Origin: Chloroflexota bacterium
GTDB taxonomy: Bacteria > Chloroflexota > Dehalococcoidia > Dehalococcoidales > UBA2162
Length of the DNA: 64,000 nt
Direction: 5' to 3'
Assembly (NCBI GenBank): GCA_016190825.1
Contig: JACPPV010000032.1
Coordinates: 4,364 to 68,363 of the forward strand
The position numbers were made by a program, and so were the translations under genes. The notes beneath the pieces were generated by a model, which worked only from the letters and a program-made list of their open reading frames with translations, did not search any database and had not been told where the DNA came from. This document shows positions 9,941 through 19,414 of this stretch, piece after piece (position 1 is the stretch's first letter; every line of letters starts with the position of its first letter).

Positions 9941-11203
9941 GTGACTGAAGCCAAAATGAAGAATATCGCCGTCATCGGCTTTGGCAATATCGGCACCGGC
10001 GTGGTGGAGCTTCTTTACCGGAAGGGAATCGCCGGGTTGAAACTGGTTAGGGTGGTGGACACGGACCTGGAGAAGAAACGCCCGATCACCCTCCCGGCAG
10101 ACTATCTGAGCCGGGACTGGCGGGAAGCGGTCAGCGATCCCGGTATTGACGTCGTTGTCGAACTGATCGGCGGCATCGAGCCTGCCAGGACCATCCAGAT
10201 TGCCGCACTGCAAAAAGGCAAGGACGTGGTCACCGCCAATAAGAAGCTGCTTGCCAGAGAGGGGCAAAATATCTTCCAGATGGCGGCAAATTTAGACCGC
10301 CGCTTGGGCTTCCGCGCCGCTTTTGTGGGCTGCCATTCGCTTATCCACGAGTTCCGACAGGCCGGCACCGCCGCCAAAAAATTCCGGCGGATACATGCCA
10401 TTTTGAACGGCACCTCCAACTACATACTTTCGACGATGACCCGCGAGGGGAAAACCTTCGAGGAGGCCTTGAAGGAGGCCCAGGCGAAGGGCTTTGCCGA
10501 GGCCGACCCGTCCGATGATATTGACGGGCTGGATACGGCCAACAAGGTCCGCATCCTGCTGGCGCTTATCGCCAACTCCTACCAGCGGGCGGGCGATTTT
10601 CCGGTCGAGGGGATCCGTGATATCAGCGCTCAGGATATCCGGTATGCCGGGGAACTGGGCTACTCCGTGAAACTGGTCGGCGTGATTGAGCCGAAAGATG
10701 GCGTCTTCTACGTCAGCGTGCGTCCGGCACTGGTGCCGCAGATTTCCCTTCTCGGCTCCATAGACGGCGCCTATAACGGCACTGAGACGGAGGACGAATA
10801 CGGCGTGGTCTCAGGGCTGGTGGCGCCCGGCGCCGGGACCTATCCTACCGCCGATGCCGTCATCAAGGACCTGCTCGATATCGCCGAGGGCCGGCCGATG
10901 CCCATGCCCGATTCCGCCCGGCCGCTTGCCCTCGGCTCTGGTGAAAAGGAGGAGCGCCGGTACTACCTTCGCTTCAGCGTGGTTGACCAGGCCGGCGTTC
11001 TTGCCCGGATCTGCAACATTTTCTGGAACTACAACATCAGTATTGCCGCCGTTATCCAGAAGGAGGCGACCTCCAAGGATTTCGTGCCGGTGGTCATCAC
11101 CACCCACCTCGCCCGTGAGGGAGACATGATGACCGCTATCACCGAAGTTGATAAGCTGCCTGTGGTCAAAGCCCGGACAAAAGTCATCCGCATCCTTGCA
11201 TAG
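9941..11203 (+). CDS. hom: Homoserine dehydrogenase with ACT domain (divergent)
   Basis: GFGNIG, VVTANK, ILNGTSNYIL, EADPSDDIDGLDTANK, C-terminal ACT (DQAGVLA). Confidence 0.85.
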   Translation: MTEAKMKNIAVIGFGNIGTGVVELLYRKGIAGLKLVRVVDTDLEKKRPITLPADYLSRDWREAVSDPGIDVVVELIGGIEPARTIQIAALQKGKDVVTANKKLLAREGQNIFQMAANLDRRLGFRAAFVGCHSLIHEFRQAGTAAKKFRRIHAILNGTSNYILSTMTREGKTFEEALKEAQAKGFAEADPSDDIDGLDTANKVRILLALIANSYQRAGDFPVEGIRDISAQDIRYAGELGYSVKLVGVIEPKDGVFYVSVRPALVPQISLLGSIDGAYNGTETEDEYGVVSGLVAPGAGTYPTADAVIKDLLDIAEGRPMPMPDSARPLALGSGEKEERRYYLRFSVVDQAGVLARICNIFWNYNISIAAVIQKEATSKDFVPVVITTHLAREGDMMTAITEVDKLPVVKARTKVIRILA

Positions 11204-11235
11204 ACCTCCCATTGCCCATTCCCCGTAGTACCACG

Positions 11236-11315
11236 TAATAAATGCCAAATGCCAAGTAACCAATCAGTCTCCGTATCTGTAACTTGATTCTTGCTACTTG
11301 TCGCTTGATACTTCA
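11236..11315. repeat. Degenerate 7-bp tandem repeats forming two inverted arms
   Basis: AAATGCC AAATGCC AAGTAAC ... CTTGATT CTTGCTA CTTGTCG CTTGATA. Confidence 0.65.
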
Positions 11316-11318
11316 CTC

Positions 11319-11347
11319 TTGACACTTTACACTGAAACGTGTATTAT
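11319..11347 (+). promoter_or_regulatory. sigma70 promoter (leaderless transcript) with operator palindrome
   Basis: TTGACA-17-TATTAT, ATG 6 nt downstream; TACAC-tgaaac-GTGTA at 11328-11343. Confidence 0.8.
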
Positions 11348-11353
11348 TGAGTT

Positions 11354-11605
11354 ATGCCCAGGAAATACCGGTATGAGGTCGGGCGCGAGGGGTGGGACGC
11401 CGAACGTATTCGGGCGCTGAGGCGGCACCTCAACCTGACCCAGCGCGAGCTCGCCGATAGGCTGGGAACGCGCCAGCAGACTATCAGCGAGTGGGAAAAG
11501 GGGATGTACCGACCGCGCGGAGCTTCAGCTACTCTCCTTTCTATGGTCGCCGAGCGCGCTCGCTTCAAATACGATGCGGGACAGGAGAAGGGGGAGACGA
11601 GCTAG
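11354..11605 (+). CDS. XRE-family HTH regulator
   Basis: LRRHLNLTQRELADRLGTRQQTISEWEKG. Confidence 0.92.
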   Translation: MPRKYRYEVGREGWDAERIRALRRHLNLTQRELADRLGTRQQTISEWEKGMYRPRGASATLLSMVAERARFKYDAGQEKGETS

Positions 11606-11940
11606 CTTCCGATGCGAAAAAGAGTGTAGATAAGCCATTGGCTTGCCCGAGTGGTGCTGGCTCTGGATAGATACGGTCAAGCATGTTGTCCACTCGGGCA
11701 AGCCGGAACACGAAAGTGGCGAATCAGGCATGGTTTTTCAGCTTCCATGCCTTTGGAAGTCTTCAGAAGTATGAACCCGGCCTGGGACTCACGGTCGAAA
11801 AAGAGTTTACACAGTGCACGAGGCACATTGACAGCGCCAGGCGGGGGACGGCTTAGTAAGAGTGAGGGGATTAGGGAAGAGTTTTTGGCCGGCTGATACA
11901 CGATAACGTGTATAAATATGGTGGCAAAAGAGCAAGAGCT

Positions 11941-13230
11941 ATGAGTTTTCCTTCGGAAAATGAAGTTGTCCGCCTCTGGCAGCGGTTGCAGATGATAGAG
12001 GGGTTGGAGAGCGAAGACGGCTTGCCGGTGAAGGTCGTCTACCCCGGAAGGCCCGGTGATGGCCACGGTGCCGACTTCAGGGATGCCATCGTTTTCTGCA
12101 ATCATGGAGTAACAGCGGGCGATATCGAGATTCATGTGAGGTCCAGTGATTGGAGCCGCCACTGGCACCTGACAGACCCAGCCTATAACCGGGTCGTTCT
12201 CCATGTAGTGATGTGGCATGACACCCGGCAGCCCACTATCCTGCAGAATGGCCGGAGTGTGCCCGTCCTGGCGCTGGCGAGGTACCTGCCGGAAGGACCA
12301 GGCCACCGGGCAGACCAGCAGCCATTACCCTCGGGGCCGTGTCTCCCATGCAACCAGATGCAGCAGTCTTTCAATGCCGCGGCCATCGGCGGGGTCTTGG
12401 ATGGGGCCGGGGAGGTGCGGTTTTTCGCCAAGTCCGCCCGGTTCCGAATGCGGATAGAACAAGGGGAGACCGGCCAGACGCTCTACGAGGGAATCATGGA
12501 AGCGCTGGGTTATGTGAAAAACGTAACGCCGTTCCTGGAGCTGGCGCAGCGTCTGCCGCTGAAAACTTTGGAGGGAGCCGCTGGGAGCGGCGGCAGTACC
12601 GGCCTGCAAAAGCTACTGCTGATGACGGCGGGACTGGCCCCGCCGCCGCAGTATGGTGAGGGGGATCGAAAACTGGAATTCCGGCGTGAAAGACGCGCTT
12701 CCATTTTCGAGCCGGCGTCCCGTGAATGGTATCTCTGCGGCGTAAGGCCGAAGAACTCCCCGGTGCGCCGCCTGATAGCGCTGGGCCACCTGATCCGCCG
12801 CTACGGGGGAGAGGGGCTGGTTAAAGCACTAACAGGGAAAGTGAGAGACGTACCAGATAAAGGTGGACACCGGGAGCTGGAGGAAGCATTCATCGTCTCT
12901 GTTCCAGGCATTGGACGGAAAAGGGAAACCCTTCTTGGCCGGGAAAAGGCCGCCGTCATTGTCATCAACGTGCTGCTACCCTTCAGTCATGCCCTTGCCC
13001 GGTTCACCAGCCAGCCCGGGCTAGGGCAAAAGGCCAGTGACCTCTACCGGGCTTACCCGTTCCGGGCAACCAACTCAATAGAAAAGCACATGTGCCGCCA
13101 GCTTGGTGTGGACAGGAAGCTGGTCAACTCCGCGCGGCGGCAGCAAGGGCTGCTCCACATCTACAAGAACCTGTGCAGCCAGGGCAAATGTGGGGAGTGC
13201 GCTATAGCATCACGTCAGCCAAAAAAGTAA
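11941..13230 (+). CDS. DUF2851 family protein
   Basis: G.DF.DA, GDIEIHVRSSDW..H.H..DPAYNRVVLHVV, C-terminal QQGLLH..C...KC..C. Confidence 0.85.
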   Translation: MSFPSENEVVRLWQRLQMIEGLESEDGLPVKVVYPGRPGDGHGADFRDAIVFCNHGVTAGDIEIHVRSSDWSRHWHLTDPAYNRVVLHVVMWHDTRQPTILQNGRSVPVLALARYLPEGPGHRADQQPLPSGPCLPCNQMQQSFNAAAIGGVLDGAGEVRFFAKSARFRMRIEQGETGQTLYEGIMEALGYVKNVTPFLELAQRLPLKTLEGAAGSGGSTGLQKLLLMTAGLAPPPQYGEGDRKLEFRRERRASIFEPASREWYLCGVRPKNSPVRRLIALGHLIRRYGGEGLVKALTGKVRDVPDKGGHRELEEAFIVSVPGIGRKRETLLGREKAAVIVINVLLPFSHALARFTSQPGLGQKASDLYRAYPFRATNSIEKHMCRQLGVDRKLVNSARRQQGLLHIYKNLCSQGKCGECAIASRQPKK

Positions 13231-13552
13231 ACTCGTTCCGGCTGCCTCATCCTTTAAGCGTCCTCTCATTCTTTCTGGAGAAGCGTGAGACGTCAAATAC
13301 TGGGGCGATGATGTTCATGTTCAGGAACCATTTAATCAAAAGTCGTACTGCAGCCGATACCAGGAGTCGCGCTCCGACTCGTGGCTTCCGATTACTTCGT
13401 TGGTGTTAATCTACCACGACCCACAGGCTTAGTCAGTTATCTGAAGGTTTATTTCACCACTCTGCCAGATAATTAGTTTTGACTGGAACGGCCGTTAAGA
13501 CCTGAAGTAGCATGGCTCATCGCACCGGGTGTTGCCTTTGAATGTAGCTTCC

Positions 13553-14392
13553 CTAGCTGACCCCCACCCTGACCACCCGTTTGATCCCCCGCAAGTCGGG
13601 GATAAGATCAATTTCAGTCGAGTGATAGACCTGGCGAAGCAACTCAGCCACCGCTTCACTTTGCCCCGCCCCCACCTCCAGAAGTAACACGCCTCCGGGG
13701 CGGAGCTTGCCTTCCGCCTGAGCGACCAAACGGCGGATTACATCAAGCCCGTCAGCGCCTCCGTTCAGTGCCAGCGATGGTTCGAAAGGCTGCGTATTTA
13801 CTTTAGACAGTTCTTCTTCGCGCACGTAGGGCAGGTTGGCTACGATCAAATCGACTGGCTCGGGCAGAGGGTCAAGCAGATCGCCCTGCAACAGCGTGAC
13901 CCGGTCTAGAACGCCGTGTTTCTCGCAGTTCTTCCGCGCCACTTTCAGCGCCGCCGGAGAGACGTCAATAGCGTAGATTTTACATTTGGGCACGTGCACC
14001 GCCACGCTGACTGCAACCGCCCCGCTCCCTGTCCCAACATCTGATATTGAAATCCCTTGGCTTTCACGGGCAAATGCCAGCATCTGTTCAACCAGAAGCT
14101 CAGTTTCAGGCCGGGGTATGAGGACGTTTCTGTCTACGTAGAAATCCAGTCCGAAGAACTCGCGGTGCCCGGTAAGATAAGCTGCCGGCTCGCCACTCAG
14201 CCGGCGCTCAATGAACCATCGGAAGGCTTCGGAATCCTTTGTGCCAAGGTCATCATCGAAGGCAAGATATAGCTGCACCCTATCAAGTCCGAGAACATGC
14301 CGCAGCAGCACTTCTGCTTCCAGGCTGGCATCCTCGATACGGACGGATGCCAGGGTCTCGGTTGCCCAACGTAGCGCATGCCCGACCGTCAC
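13553..14392 (-). CDS. prmC: Release factor glutamine methyltransferase
   Basis: LIPRPETE, DVGTGSG, ANLPY; directly downstream of prfA. Confidence 0.95.
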   Translation of the reverse strand: MTVGHALRWATETLASVRIEDASLEAEVLLRHVLGLDRVQLYLAFDDDLGTKDSEAFRWFIERRLSGEPAAYLTGHREFFGLDFYVDRNVLIPRPETELLVEQMLAFARESQGISISDVGTGSGAVAVSVAVHVPKCKIYAIDVSPAALKVARKNCEKHGVLDRVTLLQGDLLDPLPEPVDLIVANLPYVREEELSKVNTQPFEPSLALNGGADGLDVIRRLVAQAEGKLRPGGVLLLEVGAGQSEAVAELLRQVYHSTEIDLIPDLRGIKRVVRVGVS

Positions 14393-15462
14393 ACCAACTG
14401 CGCCTCAAGTTGTTTTGTTTGCTCGCTGGTGGCCAGGATATCAATCAACGGGTCAAGCTCTCCCGCCAAAATCCGGGGCAGGTTATGCATGGTAACGCCA
14501 ATGCGGTGGTCGGTAACCCGGTCCTGCGGAAAATTATAGGTACGTATCTTTTCGGCGCGCTCGCCGGTGCCTACCTGAGACTGGCGCTCTTTGACCTGCG
14601 CCTCTTCCTGCTTCCGCCGCTCCATGTCCATTATCCGGGCACGGAGCACTGCCATCGCCTTCATTCTGTTTCTCAGCTGGGAGCGCTCATCTTGACAGGC
14701 GACAACAATGCCTGAGGGCAAATGGGTGATGCGCACAGCGGTGGCGACCTTGTTTACATTCTGTCCGCCGGCGCCGCCGCTATGGTAAATATCAATCCTG
14801 AGATCGCCCGGATCAATATCCACCTCTACATCCTCCACCTCGGGAAGCACCGCCACAGTAGCAGTGGAGGTATGAATCCGCCCCGAAGCTTCAGTCGTCG
14901 GCACCCTTTGTACGCGGTGGACTCCCCGTTCAAACTTGAACCGGCTGAAAGCGCCTCTGCCCTTTACTTCAAAAATGACTTCTTTGAACCCACCAGCGCC
15001 GCTCTCGCTGGTGTTCATGATGTCAACATCCCAGCCCTTTGATTGGGCATAGCGGCTGTACATACGAAAAAGGTCGGCGGCGAACAGGGCTGCTTCCTCT
15101 CCGCCGGTCCCCGAGCGGACCTCCACGATGATGTTCCGCTCGTCGTTTTCGTCTTTGGGCAGCAGAGACAGCTTCAACTCCTGTTCCAGCTCTTCGAGCT
15201 GCGACTCAAGGCTTTCGATTTCCTGCTTGACGAGAGCCCTCATTTCCTCGTCCAAGCCCTCTTTCAGCATCGCCCTGGTTTCCTCGAGCGTCCGGAACAG
15301 CGCTTCATGCCGCCGATACATGGTCACAACCTCTTCCAGAGAGGCCCTCTCACGCGCCAGTTTCTCCAGCTCCTTCCGGTCCGAAGCAACCTCAGGAAGG
15401 GCAATTTTTTCTTCCAATTCCTGGTAATGCTTGTTAATTTGTTCCAGTTTATCCCACATCAT
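14389..15462 (-). CDS. prfA: Peptide chain release factor 1
   Basis: VQRVPTTE (PxT), GGAGGQ, EKIRTYNFPQDR. Confidence 0.97.
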   Translation of the reverse strand: MMWDKLEQINKHYQELEEKIALPEVASDRKELEKLARERASLEEVVTMYRRHEALFRTLEETRAMLKEGLDEEMRALVKQEIESLESQLEELEQELKLSLLPKDENDERNIIVEVRSGTGGEEAALFAADLFRMYSRYAQSKGWDVDIMNTSESGAGGFKEVIFEVKGRGAFSRFKFERGVHRVQRVPTTEASGRIHTSTATVAVLPEVEDVEVDIDPGDLRIDIYHSGGAGGQNVNKVATAVRITHLPSGIVVACQDERSQLRNRMKAMAVLRARIMDMERRKQEEAQVKERQSQVGTGERAEKIRTYNFPQDRVTDHRIGVTMHNLPRILAGELDPLIDILATSEQTKQLEAQLV

Positions 15463-15698
15463 GATGTTTCTTCCTCGCTACCAAAATTATATCACAGGCG
15501 TGGCAGGTGCTCAAAAGCATGGGCAGTGTTGCCAGGTTCCGCCCGCTGGATGGCCCCAACCTTGTGCGGCGGAATTGGGCCTGGTAGTGTTAAGATTCAT
15601 AGAAACCCTATCATTTCTTCGTATCCTGTGCATATCTTCCTGGTATCCTGAGAATGGAGAGCAAAAGCTTTCCTGACAAACTGGCAGGGAGGGGTACC

Positions 15699-16046
15699 AT
15701 GAACAAAAATATCAAGACAGCATTAATAATCGGGGGTATCATTTTGGCCGTTCTCATTGTCCTGCTGCTGGTCTTCGGACTAATTCCGGGGCGGCAGGGT
15801 TACGGATACGGGATGATTGGTTCCGGTATGATGGGAGGTGTTGGGGCCATGTTTATTACGCCAATTTTATGGATAGGCATTCTCATCTTGATCATCTGGG
15901 CGATAACGGCGGCCGCCCGTGGCCCGTGGGAATCAAACATTCCTGCGCAATCGGCAGACTCAGCCCTGCAGGTACTGAAAAGGAGGTACGCCCGGGGCGA
16001 GATAGACAGAGAAGAATACGAAACCAGAAAGAAAGACATCACCTGA
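15699..16046 (+). CDS. SHOCT-domain membrane protein
   Basis: Two TM helices with GMM loop, C-terminal ALQVLKRRYARGEIDREEY; GGGAGG SD. Confidence 0.85.
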   Translation: MNKNIKTALIIGGIILAVLIVLLLVFGLIPGRQGYGYGMIGSGMMGGVGAMFITPILWIGILILIIWAITAAARGPWESNIPAQSADSALQVLKRRYARGEIDREEYETRKKDIT

Positions 16047-16099
16047 ACAGATGGCTTTACACTGAGGCGCGGATCGAATTTTCACGCAAAAGAAGCGTT

Positions 16100-16176
16100 T
16101 GGCGACCCCGAGGGGATTTGAACCCCTGATCTACGCCGTGACAGGGCGTTATGTTAGACCGCTACACCACGGGGCC
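16100..16176 (-). tRNA. tRNA-Asp(GTC)
   Basis: GGCCCCG..CGGGGTC-G-CCA acceptor, anticodon loop CTGTCAC, T-loop GGTTCAAATCC. Confidence 0.97.
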
Positions 16177-16418
16177 CCCCTCAGCATTCTAAGTCTAACA
16201 AGAAGCGCATTTTGTGTCAATCGGTTGGGCGATAATAATTTGGCAGCCGGACAGTTCACTTCAGCCCCCTTTTCGCACCACGCGCTCACCACCACATAGA
16301 TTATGGGCAGGCATTATTTCGGGTGCCCCATATTAGTCGATTCATTTCTGCTCTTGACTAAGCGAGAGATAAATGTTAAAACGGATTATCAAATCCTGGC
16401 TGCAAGGAGGCACCTATC

Positions 16419-16829
16419 TTGTTAGAAAAGCAGTTGGACTCTACTCACTACAAGCAGGTCGTTTTTTCCGATGCTGCGCCAAAGGCGGTCGGCCCGTATT
16501 CCCAGGCAATCAGGGCAGGGAACTTCCTGTTCGTATCGGGACAACTGGCGCTGGACCCCGCTACGGGGAACATGGTCGAAGGCGGCATCGAGGAGCAAAC
16601 AAGGCGGTCAATCGAGAATATTAAGGCCGTCCTTGCCGCCGTCGGCGCATCACTCACCGACGTGGTCAAGACCACGGTCTTTCTTAGAGATATGGGGCAT
16701 TTCGCCAGCATGAACGCGGTGTACCAGGAGTATTTCGGCGCGAACGCACCGGCGCGTTCGACCGTGGAGGTGGCCCGGCTGCCGAGGGACGGGATGGTAG
16801 AGATTGAAGCAGTAGCGATTATCGGATAG
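16419..16829 (+). CDS. RidA/YjgF enamine deaminase
   Basis: [33 protein letters not shown]. Confidence 0.93.
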   Translation: MLEKQLDSTHYKQVVFSDAAPKAVGPYSQAIRAGNFLFVSGQLALDPATGNMVEGGIEEQTRRSIENIKAVLAAVGASLTDVVKTTVFLRDMGHFASMNAVYQEYFGANAPARSTVEVARLPRDGMVEIEAVAIIG

Positions 16830-16861
16830 GCTTGGATACGATAGTAACAGTCGAACTGCGC

Positions 16862-16922
16862 GCCGTTCGTGGTGAGCCTGTCGAACCATCGGCGCGCCCT
16901 TCGACAAGCTCAGGGCGAACGG
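16862..16922. repeat. REP-like palindrome pair
   Basis: GCCGTTCGTGGTGAGCCTGTCGAACC...CCCTTCGACAAGCTCAGGGCGAACGG. Confidence 0.8.
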
Positions 16923-16972
16923 GTCATTATGGCACTGCTTTATACAAGCCAGCAACTGGAAAGGAGGGCAAT

Positions 16973-17374
16973 ATGGTCCTAGACAAATACGCACTGAAAC
17001 GATTCGATGTTGAGCGGGAGGACGCCATTGACACGCAGATGCTTGAGGCGATCCCCTTCGATTACCCGGAATCAGCCACCGAGGTGGTCTACGAGACGGA
17101 CGAGTTCACCGCCGTCTGTCCGTGGACCGGTCTGCCGGATTTCGCCCGCCTGACGATAAAATATGTACCGGGCAACTCCCTGGTGGAGCTCAAATCCCTG
17201 AAATACTATCTCACTTCCTACCGTAACGTAGGCATCCTCCAGGAGCACGCCGTCAACCGCATCCTGAACGACCTGGTGGCGCTGCTCAAGCCCGTTTCGA
17301 TGACGGTGGAGGCCGAGTACCGGGAGCGGGGGGGGATAAAGACGCGGGCGGTGGCGGGGTTCAACGAAGGCTGA
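16973..17374 (+). CDS. queF: preQ0 reductase QueF (single T-fold type)
   Basis: [14 protein letters not shown] and [10 protein letters not shown] motifs; start ATG 16973 after AAGGAGG. Confidence 0.93.
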   Translation: MVLDKYALKRFDVEREDAIDTQMLEAIPFDYPESATEVVYETDEFTAVCPWTGLPDFARLTIKYVPGNSLVELKSLKYYLTSYRNVGILQEHAVNRILNDLVALLKPVSMTVEAEYRERGGIKTRAVAGFNEG

Positions 17375-17390
17375 GGATAGCAACAACCGA

Positions 17391-17419
17391 TGTCATTCCC
17401 GCGAAAGCGGGAATCCAGG
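17391..17419. repeat. REP-like palindrome
   Basis: TGTCATTCCCGCGAAAGCGGGAATCCAG; relatives at 19263-19310, 59263-59311, 62055-62100. Confidence 0.75.
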
Positions 17420-17550
17420 GGAGGCGAGGGCTGGATTCTCCGGCTTGACCGGAGAAAGACGCTACTAAACAACCTCATGAATAGGAATTTCAGAATCGAA
17501 AAGCCCCCCGAGTTTTCCCGTGAAAGCGGGCGAAGGAGTGTCTCGGCAGG

Positions 17551-18492
17551 CTAGTTTCTTAGCGGGTACACCTCGGCTCTCCCGTCCTTGATATCAGGGG
17601 GAAACTCTCCCACCTGCCAACCATCTCCCGTAGTCTCCAGATAAAGGTATTTTTTGCCCTCATATAAATAGTGCGTACCGTACGCAGTTGATAACGAAAC
17701 CCCAACAGCCATGTGACTGTCATTCCTTAAAAGCAATAGAGCAACATCATATCCGAGCCGATCGAGTAGAGCCGCAACGAGAATCGATGTATCTTCACAG
17801 TCTCCGCCTCTATCAAAAAGAGTCTGTATGGGGTAGCGTGGATACTCATCGTAACCCGTCGTAACGTCGTCGGAAGTATAAGGCAGGCTTTGAACGAAAG
17901 CTATCACGAAATCGAGTTTCTGGAGTTCGCTAAAACCCTGTTGCAGGGCGGCGTTGTTTATATGTTCGACCATCTTGTCAATATAAACGTCGTCTGTTGT
18001 ATCTTTCGCCAGTTCGACGTAAGTAGAGCCTAATGAGGGTCTTTCCGTCTGTAAATATTCAAAATATAACGCTAACGATATTGGCAAATCCCAGTTCCAG
18101 TCCCATCCTTGATAAGCCCAGCCATAATGCTGGGTTACCGTAACCCCGAGGATTTTGTCCAACTTTCCTTGCGAGAGTGATAAGTCTGACTGTAAGCCAG
18201 CTATCCGATTCTCAAAGCTGATTAGCTGTCTTTCACTCCTTTCTAAATCTGCCTTCAGAATGGAATTCTTTTGTCCCAAAGTATCTCTCTCCGTTCGCAA
18301 GAACGCGGTTTGATTTTTCTGGACAGTATTCTCTTGCTCCAGTTCGGAGACTTCGTTGGTGAGAGTGGAGACCTGAATTTCAAGGTTTTCCATTACTGGC
18401 TGATATTTCTTGATTGCCAGCAGGTAACCAGTCCCAGCCCCTGCGAACAAACAAACGACAAAGATGACGATAAGGATTGACTTTTTACCCAT
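17551..18492 (-). CDS. Membrane-anchored coiled-coil transglutaminase-like protein
   Basis: N-terminal TM helix, coiled coil, FVQSLPY, GDCED(Cys)..HMAVG..YLETT. Confidence 0.82.
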   Translation of the reverse strand: MGKKSILIVIFVVCLFAGAGTGYLLAIKKYQPVMENLEIQVSTLTNEVSELEQENTVQKNQTAFLRTERDTLGQKNSILKADLERSERQLISFENRIAGLQSDLSLSQGKLDKILGVTVTQHYGWAYQGWDWNWDLPISLALYFEYLQTERPSLGSTYVELAKDTTDDVYIDKMVEHINNAALQQGFSELQKLDFVIAFVQSLPYTSDDVTTGYDEYPRYPIQTLFDRGGDCEDTSILVAALLDRLGYDVALLLLRNDSHMAVGVSLSTAYGTHYLYEGKKYLYLETTGDGWQVGEFPPDIKDGRAEVYPLRN

Positions 18493-18574
18493 GAGGCACC
18501 TCCCCGCTGACTAATAGCTTCGAGGAATCAACTGTCCAGAAAGTTTGCACTACTCTCCTTAATGGTTCTCTTTC

Positions 18575-18619
18575 TCTCCCCACCCCCACCCTCATCTCCG
18601 CCTTGAACGTGCCGCACGG
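18575..18619 (-). repeat. Degenerate duplicate of the radA 3' end (copy 3)
   Basis: Shares CTCCCCACCCCCACCCT with the radA end; translates PCGTFKAEMRVGVGRE. Confidence 0.7.
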
Positions 18620-18620
18620 T

Positions 18621-18875
18621 CTAAGCCTGGTACGCATCACCTCTTGACCTCACCCGGTAGATGGTGACCACCTTTGCTTCATCGTCAATCTGGTAAAGGA
18701 TGCGGTAGTCACCCATGCGAATCCGGTAGCCCTCTCTGGCGGTCAGTTTTTTGGCGCCGGGCGGACGGGAGTTCTCAGCCAGACCGGCGATAACCCTGTT
18801 GACTCTCTCCCGGATTTGCGTCGGAAGTCTCCCAACTTGCCGGTGGGAGCTGCGGCTAACCTCCAGCCGGTACAC
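18621..18875 (-). CDS. RelE/ParE family toxin
   Basis: GTG start; RPPGAKKL..YRIRMGDYRILYQIDD. Confidence 0.9.
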   Translation of the reverse strand: MYRLEVSRSSHRQVGRLPTQIRERVNRVIAGLAENSRPPGAKKLTAREGYRIRMGDYRILYQIDDEAKVVTIYRVRSRGDAYQA

Positions 18876-19143
18876 GGCTTTTCCGATGTTTCGCCTTGGC
18901 GAGGTGCTCCTCAAAGGGCATCGTTGGCTCTCTGTCAAGCTCAGCCTGAAGCAGATCGGCGGCATCGGACAGGTCTTCCAGGCGTTCTATCATATCGTTA
19001 TACTGGTCAATGCCGATTAGGACGGCCTTGACCCGGCTGCCGGAGACTATCAGATAAGGTTCTCCGCCTGCCGAGACCTCATCCACAAGCTGCGTCAGTT
19101 TTGGCCGGGCCTCCGCCATACCGATTGATTTGATCTTAGTCAT
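18856..19143 (-). CDS. Phd/YefM family antitoxin
   Basis: IGMAEARPKLTQLVDEV..GEPYLI..KAVLI; AAGGAG SD. Confidence 0.88.
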   Translation of the reverse strand: MTKIKSIGMAEARPKLTQLVDEVSAGGEPYLIVSGSRVKAVLIGIDQYNDMIERLEDLSDAADLLQAELDREPTMPFEEHLAKAKHRKSRVPAGG

Positions 19144-19167
19144 AGCGCTCTCCTTAATGGATACATT

Positions 19168-19185
19168 AACATTAATATTAATGTT
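19168..19185. promoter_or_regulatory. Perfect 18-bp palindrome, putative TA operator
   Basis: AACATTAATATTAATGTT just upstream of the antitoxin. Confidence 0.65.
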
Positions 19186-19332
19186 TGGCAAGTTGTTTAT
19201 GGGCAGCTACCCGTGGAACTGCCATGCCGGCCACCGAGCCAGAATCCAAGTGGGGTGGGAGTAGATTCCCGCTGGAGTTTACCCCTGCGAAGTCAGGGGC
19301 GGGAATGACAATAGAGGTGCGGAAATAGCACC

Positions 19333-19413
19333 TCACGCAATCTGTTCTTTTCCGCTGTCTCTCCCCACCCCCACCCGTATCGCCTCCCGCAGGGTGCTGA
19401 CAGGGTACGACCT
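19333..19413 (-). repeat. Duplicate of the radA 3' end (copy 2) with its own stop codon
   Basis: Translates RSYPVSTLREAIRVGVGRDSGKEQIA*; RadA ends ..PAATLREAIRVGVGRGKEASASE*. Confidence 0.88.
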
Positions 19414-19414
19414 T

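Noticed and set aside
11606-11795. SRP RNA, 6S RNA or cobalamin riboswitch call
   Set aside because: The diagnostic SRP loop and B12-box sequences are not evident and a 6S-type fold could not be confirmed by eye; left as an unknown structure.
7902-13230. Complete prophage around the terminase
   Set aside because: No integrase, portal, capsid or tail genes, and hom directly follows TerL.
13231-13552. Possible small gene between DUF2851 and prmC
   Set aside because: The open frames lack a credible start/SD and recognisable motifs.
16100-16130. tRNA-Asp as the integration site for the 2146/3078 repeats
   Set aside because: Its 3' end (GGGGTCGCCA) does not match the repeats (GGGCTACCA), and no duplicate of it was seen.
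16832-16972. N-terminal extension of QueF or a preQ1 riboswitch
   Set aside because: The region is a REP palindrome read through in frame; the true SD/ATG is at 16973.
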